Of a stretch of 64,000 bases of DNA, positions 1 to 12,800 are shown piece after piece. The notes under the pieces were generated by a model. It was not told the DNA's origin, ran no database searches, and saw only the letters and a program-made list of their open reading frames with translations. The DNA is taken from the NCBI GenBank assembly GCA_004764695.1, contig SMSO01000005.1:434001-498000 (forward strand). Reading direction: 5' to 3'. A program made the translations under genes and the position numbers. The stretch is from Schizochytrium sp. TIO01 (Eukaryota; Protista; Bigyra: Labyrinthulomycetes). The number at the start of each line of letters is the position of its first letter. The stretch's first letter is position 1.

Positions 1-2784
1 AGCACTGCTTAATCAACTGCTCGGGAATGGCTAGTTAACCTTGTTTACAAAGATTGAAGCGCGACATCCTCAACGTGCTAATGTGCCTCTATGCAAGTAT
101 GTAGGCTCGGCAAGCCATACGCAACACACACTTTCTATTACCCCTTTGGCAGTGCGCCAAGGGGAGGAAGGTATTTTATAGGCTGACCCTCAACATGCTT
201 TAGCTCTATGTACACTGAGCTGAGAATTATATATACCCACCCCATATAGCGCGGCTGGTGAATTAGCAAGGATCTTAATTTGGCAAAATGCCGCAAAAGG
301 TATTTTGGTACCTGCCCAAGAATACATCCGTCACTCAACGTGATTACCCCTGAGCACCCGATCACTATTTCCCACTATCTCTGCACAAATGCATGCTTCC
401 TGACATTAACCCTCGGCCCTACGTTCCCCATTTTGCCAGTACGACCTTTGATGTTCGCTTTAACGATATCCCTTTGTCAGATTTGTAAACGAATGCCTCA
501 GGTTTGGGGTCTACTTGCCTGTCCAGTGCCGCCGTTATTGTTGCACTTGTGGCGCTGTTGCGCTAACAGTGCCTCGACGATGGAGGGGATGGTTGGTCTT
601 GCACTGAACTCTAACATCGTTATGGGTCGTGTCAATCAGCGGTTCTTCCTATACATCCCGCACAGCCATTTACGCAATGCTGAGAGACTACATTTGCATG
701 TTTGATTTATGTTTCGTGCCAAGCCTCTTCTTTGTTGTCTCTTTGCTCACTTTACGTGAGTTTTGGCGACCCCTAAAATTTATTTCGTTTGCTTATATTG
801 CGTAACTATTGTGACATCTCGCCCCTGTTAATACGAGATGATCCTGAGAATCGAAAGAGTATACTGACTCGTAAAAGCATTCATAAGGGCTACGTAGAAG
901 GACAGTTTAGAGGATTTAGTCAACATTCGCAATGGCGCTTTACCTCTTCTTCCATATCACTGTCTCTTTGCAAGCTCTTCAGGGCAGAGGAAATTGCAGT
1001 TCTGCCAACATATTGATTCTAGTAGTATTCTACTTCGTCAATTCCAACTTCTTCCTCCTGCGCGGTGGTCCTTTCTAAGCTGCAAATTGATATGATTTGA
1101 AGAGCCAATCTTACTGAAAAAAGTAAAAACAAATAGACTCTTGAGTGAAATAGCGAACTATTTGTAGTTCGGTGTTCACAGGCACCGACACACGAGGATG
1201 GCTTGATTGCATTTCTCCTGCTCCTGTCACATACCTTTAGCACACCATAGATAGTGAATGGCCAAGCCCAAGCTTGCTGGCAGCAGTTTCTACAACACCT
1301 CTTCCTGAGTTTGTATTGTGTGGTTCGTTTATTGAATAAGCAGATGCTTGAAAGTCTTGCTAGCATAGTAATATCTATTGTTGGAGCCATCCCTTCATTT
1401 TGCCACCCAGCTGAAGACCCTCAAGCTAACTGATGATGGCTTTCGACGCCCATGTGGATAGGTACCTTCTTATTATTTCTTTCCCTTCTTAATTTTTATT
1501 ATTATAAAATCTCGATCTTCTGACCAAGCTCCGCACATGCAAATTCCAAGTTTCAAAGTTCATGTTAAGTTTATACCGCTAGTCGTGCCAATTCACCAGT
1601 TATGAGATCCAGTTTGTCATTTTAGTTTTAGACAGCAAAAATAGAAGCTGAGGCGCAGCCCCGGCAGCATCCATCAACATTCCCCATTCTTTCATTCTGT
1701 CTGGCCTGTGAGTAGGCGAGTGGGTAGTGGGACTTGGTAAGTGCCTTTCAAGTTGCGACAGTTTCATCGCAAATGCCAGTGGTACTGTTAGTTGCTACTT
1801 TATACCCCCTTGAAAGTGCCCTTTTCTGGCACCAACAGAAGAAAGAGGGAAAGGACGTGACCGGTGGAATTGACTTGTCATGAACTAATGCGCTTTGTTT
1901 TGACTCGTGTCTACTAGGCGCTCGTTTAAGCGCATATCGAACCAAAAAGGGCTGACAAGTATGATGCAGAGGTTAATATTTCAAGTTCAAAAATAGTACT
2001 ACCGAATTTTGTCCAGCAAATCGACAACATTATTGTGGGTGGCAGGCTGGCATCAGCAAGAATTGTGAGAGCATTATAGTAATACTTTCTGCCATCTGCT
2101 GGAAGCAAACAAAGTTCAGTTTCAATTAATAACTGGAAGCTGTAAAAGTACTGCATTTATACTTTCGAGCTGGTAATAACGAGCCCTACGTTGTGTTGGT
2201 GCGCTGTTGTCCATCCTCGGGATCCTTCTTGGCATGGCTCGCCAATGGTAATAATTTTCTTCCCACCTAGATTTAACCCATAACTAATTAACTATGAATT
2301 AGATTGGATGAGCATGCAATAAATTTTGCTGACGCATGCCCAAGCACGTATTAGCCATCTTCGTATTTGTCTGCGCTCGAATTTCGCGTGTAGAGAGTCA
2401 CAAGGAAATAATTGGATGAAGAATTTGTGGTAGGGTGGATAAGTTTAGTTATGTAGTTTTTAAAAAAGGCGGTACTAAAAGTACTAGCCAAGGTCTCTAA
2501 CATGATCAAAAAGGAGATCTAAAGCAACACAATAGACATAGTCAATACAACGTGAGAGGGAATAATGGTGTAAACGATAGCTTTGATACGCCGTATCAAC
2601 GAAGAAAGGATTCCGATCAGGGTGCTTCGAATCACGCGTGGTAGATTCTTAAGTATCCGAAGAGCCGCGCTCAAATGCAATTTTGCGACGCGAAGACCCA
2701 GACAGCAATTCTTGAGCTGACCTCTTGTCGCCACCTCCACTTTGCATGGACATCATACCCTGTCCAGGCCTGCGTCCCAGCGCG

Positions 2785-4708
2785 TCATCCAATGCGCTGG
2801 CCCGGTTGGCGAGCCTCGCCAGACGCCAATGCACTAAAGGGGTCTGCACTAGCCTTTTCAAATTGCACAGGGCCTGAGCGAGTTCCGGCGCTCTCCTCGG
2901 CACCAGCAAACCCACGGGAGGGCCGAAAACGTTCGGTATTGCTCAGTTCTTCCAACTGTTTGTCTGCCGAACCGTACTTGGAGGTTGCAGATTGCCTCGG
3001 GCGGTAGATTTTGTCCATGTCACGGTTGAACAAAGGTTTGGAGTATACATTGTCGTCATCCTCGCCGCCTAGCCCGGAGCCAATGCCACTGGACTGATTA
3101 AATAAACGTGAGTCAAACTGCGCGTCGCCAGCCATCACTGCTGATTTCGGCACCGCCATGCCAAGAGCAATCTTTTCACTAACATCGCGTTCAAGGTCTC
3201 GCGAGAGTTTGCTCTTTTTCCCAGCTGCCTCCAGCCGGAGATCGCGTTCCCGTTCACGCTTCCGTTCGCGGCGAATGCGATCGCGCTCAACCTTGCGATC
3301 ATCTTCATCTTCCTTGTCATCTGAAGACTCAGACATACGACGACGTCTGCGATTCCTCCTGCGCGCCGCTCGTTCTCCGGAGCTCAGAGTAGAGTGCGAG
3401 GAGTGAGATGACGTTGAAGTCTTTGAGGATGCCGCTGAACCTTCTGAGGAAGACGAGCCTGTGGACGCAGCAGAGCCCGAGCGGGCTCGGCGTCGAGCAG
3501 GAGGCATCGGCCGAGCATTTCCGCCAGAGATCTCACGGCTTGTGAGGTTCCCGCCTGACGCGGGTTCTACAGGTGTGCTTGCTGATGATATTTTTGACGA
3601 AGATGATGCGGATGATGAGGAAGTTGTTGCTGACGCAATTGTTTGCCCATATGATTCCGGTTGCTCCGATGAGCGAAGCTCCGTGTCTCGCTCAAGGCGA
3701 GCTGCGGAGGCAAGGTCACGAAGCTCATGTTCGCGCTGCTCCTTGGCCTTCTTGAGAAGAAATTGCTTCTCGGTGTTGCGTGCCTCGACCTCAGCACGAG
3801 CTTGGTTCTCTGCAATATATAATGCCTCTGAGAACTTAGCGAACTTGTCATTGACAGGCGTTTGCTCCAGACCACGCCCATCGGCTGCAAGCCGCTTATC
3901 TAGCGAAATTGTAAATCCATGTGAGTTTTTCCAGCTTGAGATCGATGGCGGAATCTTCCAATCCGCCTGCTCCTGCGCCGTCGGCTTTTTTGCTGGAGCC
4001 TGTAGGATGGGTACGAAATCTTGTGCCGCTGCTCTGGGTTGCTTCTTATGCTTGAACTTGGGCAGATCAAGAGGATCAGTCGGAGCCTCAACCATACGAA
4101 TGACTCTATTCTTACTTCCGTCCTGCCCTTGCGCCCCACTTGGCGTATAGTTGATGTATGTGGGCTTAGCCACGGACTCGTTCGCCGCTCGATTATCAAC
4201 AATCTTGACATTTCGGGCCTCCTCTCGCCTCCTGCCAATAATCGCGTCCAGAGCCTCCTGCGTTTTCCTCGCTGTCTCCGCAGCCGCTTCGCCGGATGGC
4301 TCTCGAAGTGCCTCGTTTGATGCCGCTGTTGAATTTCCTTTGCAGCGTGTCCTCGCGACGTGCGTAAACCAAGTCCGTTGACCCGCGCCCGCCCATGGAC
4401 CGCTTTACGATAGCATCGTACTGGACCTTCCCTTGCGCGTCAGTTGTAAGCGCAAGTGCTCCCCCGACACGAGAGGCTTGACCGTTGCTTGAGTTTCCTG
4501 GACCCTTCTTTCCCATGCCGAGCGGGTACTGCGCCACATGCACCTCTGGAAAAGCACCACCATCACCGTGATCCTCAGGTTTGCGTGGCACGAAGCCTCG
4601 GCGATTACGGTACCTCGGCACACCAGCATTGGGATTTTTTGTCACTGCAGAGACCTCTGCTTCTGCATGTACGACATACTCACGCTTCGGCTTCGGCAGC
4701 ACGAGCAT
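2785..4708 (-). CDS. SNW1: SNW1/SKIP/Prp45 splicing factor, split by a single frameshift near 4340 (~640 aa when rejoined)
   Basis: The 5' ORF (4196..4708) has GDGGAFPEVHVAQYPLGMG and GKVQYDAI. The 3' ORF (2785..4173) has YINYTP, RVIRMVE and WKIPPSISSWKNSHGFTISLDKRLAADGRG, then DVSEKIALG, FDSRLFNQ and RSGPVQFEK. The 3' frame stays open upstream (GNSTAASNEALREPSGEAAAETARKTQEAL) to the junction at ctgcaaaggaaat. Confidence 0.93.
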
Positions 4709-6896
4709 GGTGCCGCCCGCAACCGCGACTGAAGAGTCTGAAGATTTACCTTTCGATCGAACAAGACGCCCGCCCAGTTCACAGCGCCTGCCGGAGAAGA
4801 CGCAACAGCAAATCTAATGAAGGGCGATACAGTATCTGCGTGAAATCCCCCTCCCCAACAGGCCTTCACACGCTGGAAGGAGGCAGCAGGATGGGAGCGC
4901 GCCGGGCGCTTCGAGCTCTGCTGCTTCTTCGTCTTCTTCAACTAGTCTCGGAGAGCGCCTCGCGACTCATTTTACTTAGGCCTTTTATTTGGACCGTTTT
5001 AATAAAAATTCTGTGCATTAGTATGCGTTGTATGTCTCCTACTCTTGAAATTGCAAAGATCAAAAGCCTGGGCTTGGAAATGTAGCGATAGTTTATCAAC
5101 AATAGTCTGATGCGCATATACACTTGAAAGAGTTTTGATGAATAGCTGTCCGTCAGGCCAATTTAAATAGAATTAGATCAACACTAATGATCCTTCAGAT
5201 GTGTGCATACTCGAGCATCGGGAGGAAATGAAAGCACACAGCCCGACTATCAAGGATCTTAATAATTGTATGCTAGCAAATACGGAGCTATCACAGGTAT
5301 GCATTACTTTTCAAAGGTAAGCAGCTTACTTGATAATCTGATTATCGCCGGAATCAGATGATAGATAAAACGGAGCCGTAGAGCGCAAATAACATGAAGA
5401 GCACAACCGAAAGCAAGAAAAGATGAACTCAAGAATCACCAGCCAAAACTTACATGGGCACAACAACTGTGGAAAAATCAAATCTACTTATCATCATCGG
5501 TGTAGGCTCTCTCGGTACCAGGACTGCTTCAAAACGATGTGAGCCTTGTGAAAACCCAGACAAAAGTTTTACGTTTGAGATTCCAACTTCTAAAAACAAG
5601 AACAGCGCAACCGAGGGTTCTTCGAATCACGAGCTGGCGTAAATTGCATGTCTGTTTGATGAAAGCAGTCGCGGGTTTTCTCCTTGTGGGATGGTCTTGG
5701 GGCCACCGATTGACCGATCTTCGCTTCGTCTAATTCTCAAGTTTTTTTACACTCAATCAATTTTCACGATTCCTTTATTTTTTAGTCGTTGTTTCCTTGC
5801 TTAACAAAAAGAGTGTAAATGCATAAAAGTGCATTCATTCCTCTTTTCTTTTCTTCTTTCTGTGAGCTTTCTTTCATTTTCGGTCCCAAATAAGAGGTCT
5901 AAAAAGAGACCTAAGCACCTCCCTTGCAACCCTATTTGCGGGGAAAACTACTACTAACTATCAGAGGCCGTCCAGCAAAGGGGGACTTTGCTCTGCTTCA
6001 CCCGTTATCCCCGTTGCATGCTCGGCTTGCCCTTCCCAATCTGAGGACGTTGGGTATTTCGCCTTCGAATACCTGCCTGGTTGATCGATGGAGCGATTGA
6101 CTGCTTTGATTAACTCCTTTTGAAAGGTTTTCAAAAAGTAGATGAGATTGCCTCAGAAAGAAAGAAAAGAAAAACAAGTTTTGGCTCAAACAAAAAACAA
6201 GAAAACAAACAAGTTTCGCGCGCGCTCTGCCCCTCCTCGCGCCGCTTCTGGACTGGAGGGCCCGGGTCCCCGCGGAATGGGACGCGGGCTCTGCCCTGAA
6301 TAATTCAGGCAAGCAGGCAGGAGAGCAGACACGTAGGTCGGCCCTGTGCTTTACTTCTACAGCTCCTTGGGGTCTCGTAAAATCTTCTTCACCTTGGCTC
6401 TCTTCTTCTATTCGTCCTCTGCATCTTCGTCCTCGTCACCACCTCCGCCTTCTCCTCTGCATCTCGAGTAAACGGTTCATCGAGTGACCTCGGCAGCACG
6501 AAGAGCGTGGACGTAGTTGCTGCGCTAGTGCCGTAGCAGCGCGTGAGAGCTGTGTGAATAGGTTGGAGGAGAAGTTAGGGTAACGATACATAGAAAGACC
6601 GCTACGCAAACTTCTCCTACTACTAGTTCTGGTCTTTGGCGCCTTTAAAATCTTCTTCCACGTGCTCGCTCGCAAACTTAATTATACAACTGGCCTTGCG
6701 CGATTTCAGGCCAAGAGCTTGGCTGAGCTGCGAGCTAAATTAGAAAGACGAGTCCATTCGGTTGCTTGCTTACTTGCTTGTTTGCTCTCTTGCTTTGTAA
6801 CGGAGCCTCGGAGAGCACGTGTACATTGACTGACGCCCCCCTAGTAGTGGATAAGGGGTTACTAGTGAAGGCAAGCGTTAAGTGGGGCACGGAGAA

Positions 6897-9800
6897 ATGA
6901 TTGCAACCGAGAGCGATGTGGACATTAGCATGCCCGAAGGCAATAACAGAGATCAGGATACGCCCAGAAGGAGAAGGAGGAGAGGAGAGATAAAATTTAG
7001 AAACATTATAGAAAAGATTAGGAGTCGAGAGTGGCTACCGTCTAGTGCAAATTGGTTGGAGAAAAACGATCCTCAACAACAAGGAGGACGACGCGGGTCG
7101 CTAGCATCAGCTTATTCCAGCGAGTCTGGTAATGCTCCCCGAGAAATGGACGATGTAGACCCATACTATGCAGGAAAATTTGGCTTTGGACAGTATCCAA
7201 TTGTATTTAGCCCTATTGTTCTAGGCTGTGTGTCACGCCAAAATCCTCTGCGGAGCCTCTGTATTGCCATCGTGCGGCAGCTTGCGTTTGAGGCCTTTAT
7301 TTTGATTATTATCCTTGCCAACACAATTCTCATGGCGCTCTATGACCCCGTTGACGCAAAGCTCGGGATTTCATCACGCGTTAATACTGTGATCAAAGAT
7401 ATGGAATGGCTTTTTATTTCTGTTTTTACTGTGGAGGCCCTCATTAAAATCATTGCACAAGGTCTATTTGTGCGGCCATCAGGCTACTTTAGAGAAACCT
7501 GGAATTGGCTGGATTTTATCATTGCACTCATGGGATGGATTCCTGTCGTTATATCGGCAGTTACACCTGCTAGCAATTCAAGAATTACATCTGCTTTGAC
7601 TGTTTTCCGAATGATTAGGGTTTTGAGGCCCCTTCGTACACTTCAATTCTTTCCTGGGCTACGTAACCTTGTCAAGGCTATTCTTGGAGCTGCAGTTTCG
7701 GTTGGTGCTGTTTTATTACTCTGTGTTTCTATTATGCTAGTTTTCTCGATTGTAGGCATCACACTTTTCAAAGGAAAGCTAAGACAGCATTGCGGAGTCG
7801 AGGTTGACAATCGAACTGGTACTTGGGCTATCCCTGCTGATGAGGTGGACTCATTTTGCTCTCTGAACCCAGAAAATCATGGTAGGGCGTGTCCCGAAGG
7901 TCTAACTTGCATTGTGACTGATTTCAACCCTTCCAATGGGCTTGTCAGCTTTGACAATCTCGGCTTAGCCTTGCTCACCGTTTTACAGGCAATCACCGAA
8001 GAAGGCTGGTCCGATACTATGTACTCCTTGTTTGACACCACCTATCGCATCGTTGGTATATACTTTATCTTGCTCATTCTTTTCGGGAGCTACATCATGG
8101 TGAACCTTCTGGTCTCGGCCTTGAGTGTTAATTATATGCTCGCACGTAAAGAGGATAGACACAACTCAGGCCTAGAAAGTCAACGGCGACACTTCATGCA
8201 AGAGGTCGTTGAAATGGCGGAAAAGAGGAATCAGTCGCTCAAATCTTTCTTACGTCAACCTCTCCAAAAACAAATTAGGGAAATGGAAATGCGTCTGGTG
8301 TACTCTTACGAGGAACATCACCATGAATCAAACTACAGTCTGGTAACAGAAAACATGTACAAACGATACAGTATGCGCAACGTCGCATACTACCCTCGCT
8401 TCCGTCGTCGCATCGACAAAAACTTGAAACAAAGCGCCCTCTTTCGGAATCGTGCCTCCACGACCCAGTACAGAATCCATGAGCTCATACACTCATCCAG
8501 GGCTCTCTCTGCCCAAGAAGATAATAATGATGCAGCAGTTGGGCCTGATAACTCTTCTGTACAGAAGGTGCCCACCATGAGGAACAAATATGACAGTCGC
8601 GAAAACCGTTTTACTCGGTTTCAAGAGACTTATTCATCGCTCCATGACCTTTACCATGACAAGAGCGAAGACGCATTAACTCATCACCAACTTCAGTCTC
8701 TTGATTCTATAGAAGATAGAGAAATGAACATGCTGGAAGATAGGAGCCATGTAGACGAGGAAGACACAAAAAATAATCTGGCTACATCACTAGCAGAAAT
8801 TGAGCTCAGTAAGATCAGTTTTAACTACAATATAGATGACATTGAAATAAGCGAAGAGGAACGCCGAAATCATAGCCGATCTCTCAGCAGCGATATCTCG
8901 AGTATGACAGATTACTTTGACGCACGTGAGCGTGGCTTCTCCCTCGGTTCTGCCCATACTGATTCGGATCGTTTCTTAGATACAAGTGAGCTCCGTGTCG
9001 AGACAAGGTCTCTGGAACAACAACAAAAGAAGATTGAAAATCATATGGATTGTGAACAACAGCAACAACCACGTAGACCACCTCTCAAAGGAGCGGGTGC
9101 CATTGATAGCAGCACTATCTCGAAACCAAGCATTACAGAACCATCTGGGATGCTGAGCCGATCCGCATCTGAAGAAGCCAATCTGAACCCTGATGACCTC
9201 TCCAGCAAACCTGGATGGGTGCCTTATGGAGAAAAACCGAACGCACCCAGAATATGTATCTGGCTTTACAAATATATCGCGAAGCAAATGTGGTTCAAGC
9301 TTTTTGCTCTCAGTCTGATCTTATTGAACACTATTGTACTTGCCTCAGAATATTTTCTCCAGCCCAACTGGCTCACCAACCTCCAAAATATCACCAACGT
9401 GATATTCTTAGTGCTGTTCACTCTCGAAACCTTTATTCGCCTGATTGCTGAAGGTGCACCTTATTACTTCCATTATTGGTTCAATCGCTTTGATTGTTTT
9501 ATCATCTTCATGGGATATATGGAGCTGTTTTTGGAAGGCAATGTGGCCTCCGTCTTTCGTCTAATGCGAATCCTGCGGTTCTTTAAACTCGCACACTACT
9601 GGCCTACATTTCGAGATCTAATTGCATCGGTCGATGAGACTGTGAAGCAACTCTTCCCATTTCTCATTTTCTTTGGCATCTTCCTCTACATATTTACAGT
9701 CTCCGGAATGCAGCTTCTTGGTGGCCGATTGACGATTCCCCTGGAGATCCAAGAAGTGGATTATGTTTATCCTTCCGGAATAGATCCTCCTGCAAGTGCG

Positions 9801-12800
9801 TTGTCACCTATCCAACCAAACCCAGACTTCGATTGCACCAAATTTAAAGGAGATTTTCTTCGAACATTAGATAACGGCACAGAGGTTTGGCATTGCCCAG
9901 AGCGCACAAATTATGACACTTTTCTGTGGTCTTTAGTGACAAGTTTTCAAGTGATTTCTGGTGAAAATTGGAATAGTGTGATGGCGCTTGCTGTGGACCA
10001 AACAGGCCAACCCGCTTTTGTGCTTTATTACGTTTTCCTTATCCTTTTTGGTTCATATATTGTATTGAACTTTTTTCTAGCGATTCTTGTGGACACCTTT
10101 GTGGAAATGCATGTACAGCGAAAAGCATTAAAAAAGCGAAGGCGTCTTATGAAAGCTCTGCGGGCTGCCTCACGCATGGCAGATTCAGAGTATTCTGAGT
10201 CTAATGAAGGGTCTGCAGCCTTACCCACTCCTTCGCCAACCCCGAGGGCAAGTGTAAAATCTCGTGGAAGCCTTTCAACCCCAATTATCACTAGCCCTAC
10301 CACTCCTACTACTACATCTACATCTACGGCATCTGGATCTCTTACAGATATATGTGGAAGTGTATCAACCAATATTTCGACTGCCCCAGCAACAGCGATA
10401 AACGGATCCCTTATTGCAATTGAAGAACACCAGCCCGTCGTGCAAAGTGTTAACTCCCTTTCAGGAGCTGCGCTTCCCTCTCTTGAGGAAGGCATAGTCT
10501 CACTATCACCACTTGGTGAAGACTATAGAAATCAGAGTAGTAGGTCACTTTCTCGGGAGTCAAGCCCAAGTCCATCTTCTCCAACGAATGATAGATTACA
10601 GCCACTGCCCCGCTCTACCTCAGAAAGGCTCGCTCGTACCATCGCGGAGTCACTACGTCTGCAAAGGACTGGATCACATAAGTTTGGTTCAGATGACGGA
10701 ATTGGGTCATTTACAAGTAACACCCCTCGCGTGAAAGCTAAGAAAACCGCTTCGTTGCAGGATGTACTTGAGAAGAAAAACCAAAAGGTTTATAACCTGT
10801 CAGAGGCCGAAGTTGTGGAAATGAAGGCGTTTCGGTACAACTCTTTGTTTTTTATTTCCCCGCAGAACCGACTGCGTGTGCGTATTGCTATTTTGGTTTC
10901 CAAGGCATGGTTCGATTTCTTTGTTCTTCTAGTCATTCTCTGGAGCTGCATTATACTTGCGCTTGATACGCCGACTTCAGACTTGGACGACAAATCACTC
11001 AAAGTTATGAACATCGTCATTACTGCAGTCTTTGTTGTCGAGGCTTTTCTCAAAATTTTTGCCTTTGGATTTATTCAAGGAGAAGGATCATATCTTCGTA
11101 ATTGGTGGAATGTTCTCGACTTTACAATCACAATAATCTCTGTCATCGACATTAGTATCCCCTCAACTGATACTTCCACTTTGCATGTTTTACGCGCACT
11201 TCGTGCAATAAGGCCATTGCGAGCTATTCGCAAGTTTGAAGGTTTGCGCATTGTTTTTACATCATTTACAAGGGCAATCATTCCTTGTGCCCAAGTCCTA
11301 GCGCTCTGTTTGGTATTTTACATTGTCTTTTCTATTTGTAGTACCACGTTCTTCGTAGGAAAATTTCATGCTTGCTACACATGCACATCAGATTCAGACG
11401 ACCCTTTGCTTGAGACCTGTCTACGAAACTTTTCAAGTGCAGCATGCCACCTATATCCAGAATATGATGTTACTGAAGCGATTTGCCCCAAGGAACGTCA
11501 GTGTATGGGAACGATACTTCTGAGTGACGGAACTAATGCGACTCTTCGATGGCTGAACCCCACGTATGGTAGCTTATCAGAATACGACGAAACAGCAAGG
11601 TCGTATTCATTTGACAGTTTTGGAGAATCTCTTCTCCTTCTATTTGAAGTGTCATCCATGGAAATGTGGATGGAACCTATGTACTATGCAACGGACTCCA
11701 CAACAATTGGCCACGATCCTGTACGTGGAAGCAACGACCCGGCGTCACTGTTTTTCATTGTATTTTTGTTTGTTCTCCAATTTTTCATGCTCCAAGTATT
11801 TGTGGCGGTTCTTATTGACACATACTTTGACTCTGCAGATGCAGAACGTGGCGATGCATTCATGACGCCAGAACAAAGGAGTTGGGTGAATTACAACCGC
11901 CGTGCGCTCGCTAGACCCTTCAAGCCTCACGCTAAGCTCAATATTCCTATTGGACACCTGCGCAAACGATGCTATCGTGTAGTCACCAGCGAATCGTTTG
12001 AATGGTTTATCACGATCATCATACTGTCGAATACCATTTTGCTTATGACGGATCATTCCCCCTCATCAGATGCATATGATCTGGCAACGACCGTTTTTGA
12101 CACCCTTTTTGGTATTATCTATATCGCCGAAGCTACAATGAAAATTATAGGTCTAGGTCCGCGGGCCTATTTCACATTATGGAGCAATAACTTCGACTTC
12201 GTCATTGTCCTCGCTGTGATTCTCAATTGGGTTGTTACCTTGGTGCCAACCACTGCAAATGAGGCGGGTCATCTTTTGCAGGCAATTGAAGCAATCAGGG
12301 TGCTTCGGGTAATGCGGTTACTTCAGCGCTTACCACCTGTTCGCCCTCTTCTGTCGACCCTCCTTTACACGATGTATCCATTACTCAATACTCTTGGGAT
12401 CATCTTTCTCTTCAATTTCATTTATGCTATTCTGGGTATTCAGCTCTTTGGAAGTATTGATATTGACGCGTTCCCTGCTGATGATATGCAATTTCTCTCA
12501 AAGTTTCTTAACTTTGAGAACTTCTTGCATGCTTTTCTTACACTTTTTGTGATGAGCACTGGCGAAAGTTGGAATGGAGTCATGCACGACCTTGCCCATA
12601 TTTCACGTCATGCTGTTTGGTTTTGCGTAAGCTACGTTGTAATTATGCAACTGCTTCTCGTAAACCTATTCGTCGCCGTTGTCCTCGCAAGTTTTGCCTC
12701 TCAATTTGAGCGAAGTAAGAAGAACTCAAATGAACATATTGATGAAAATGCCTTAAAGGACTATAATACACAGTGGAATAAGGTTCATATCAGCTATGTC

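Noticed and set aside
1-2500. Short ORFs that might be a transposon or gene remnant
   Set aside because: No recognisable motifs in any frame and nothing I could chain into a supported protein.
3461-4150. 229-aa plus-strand ORF and similar antisense ORFs over large genes
   Set aside because: These are shadows of real genes on the opposite strand, with no independent motifs.
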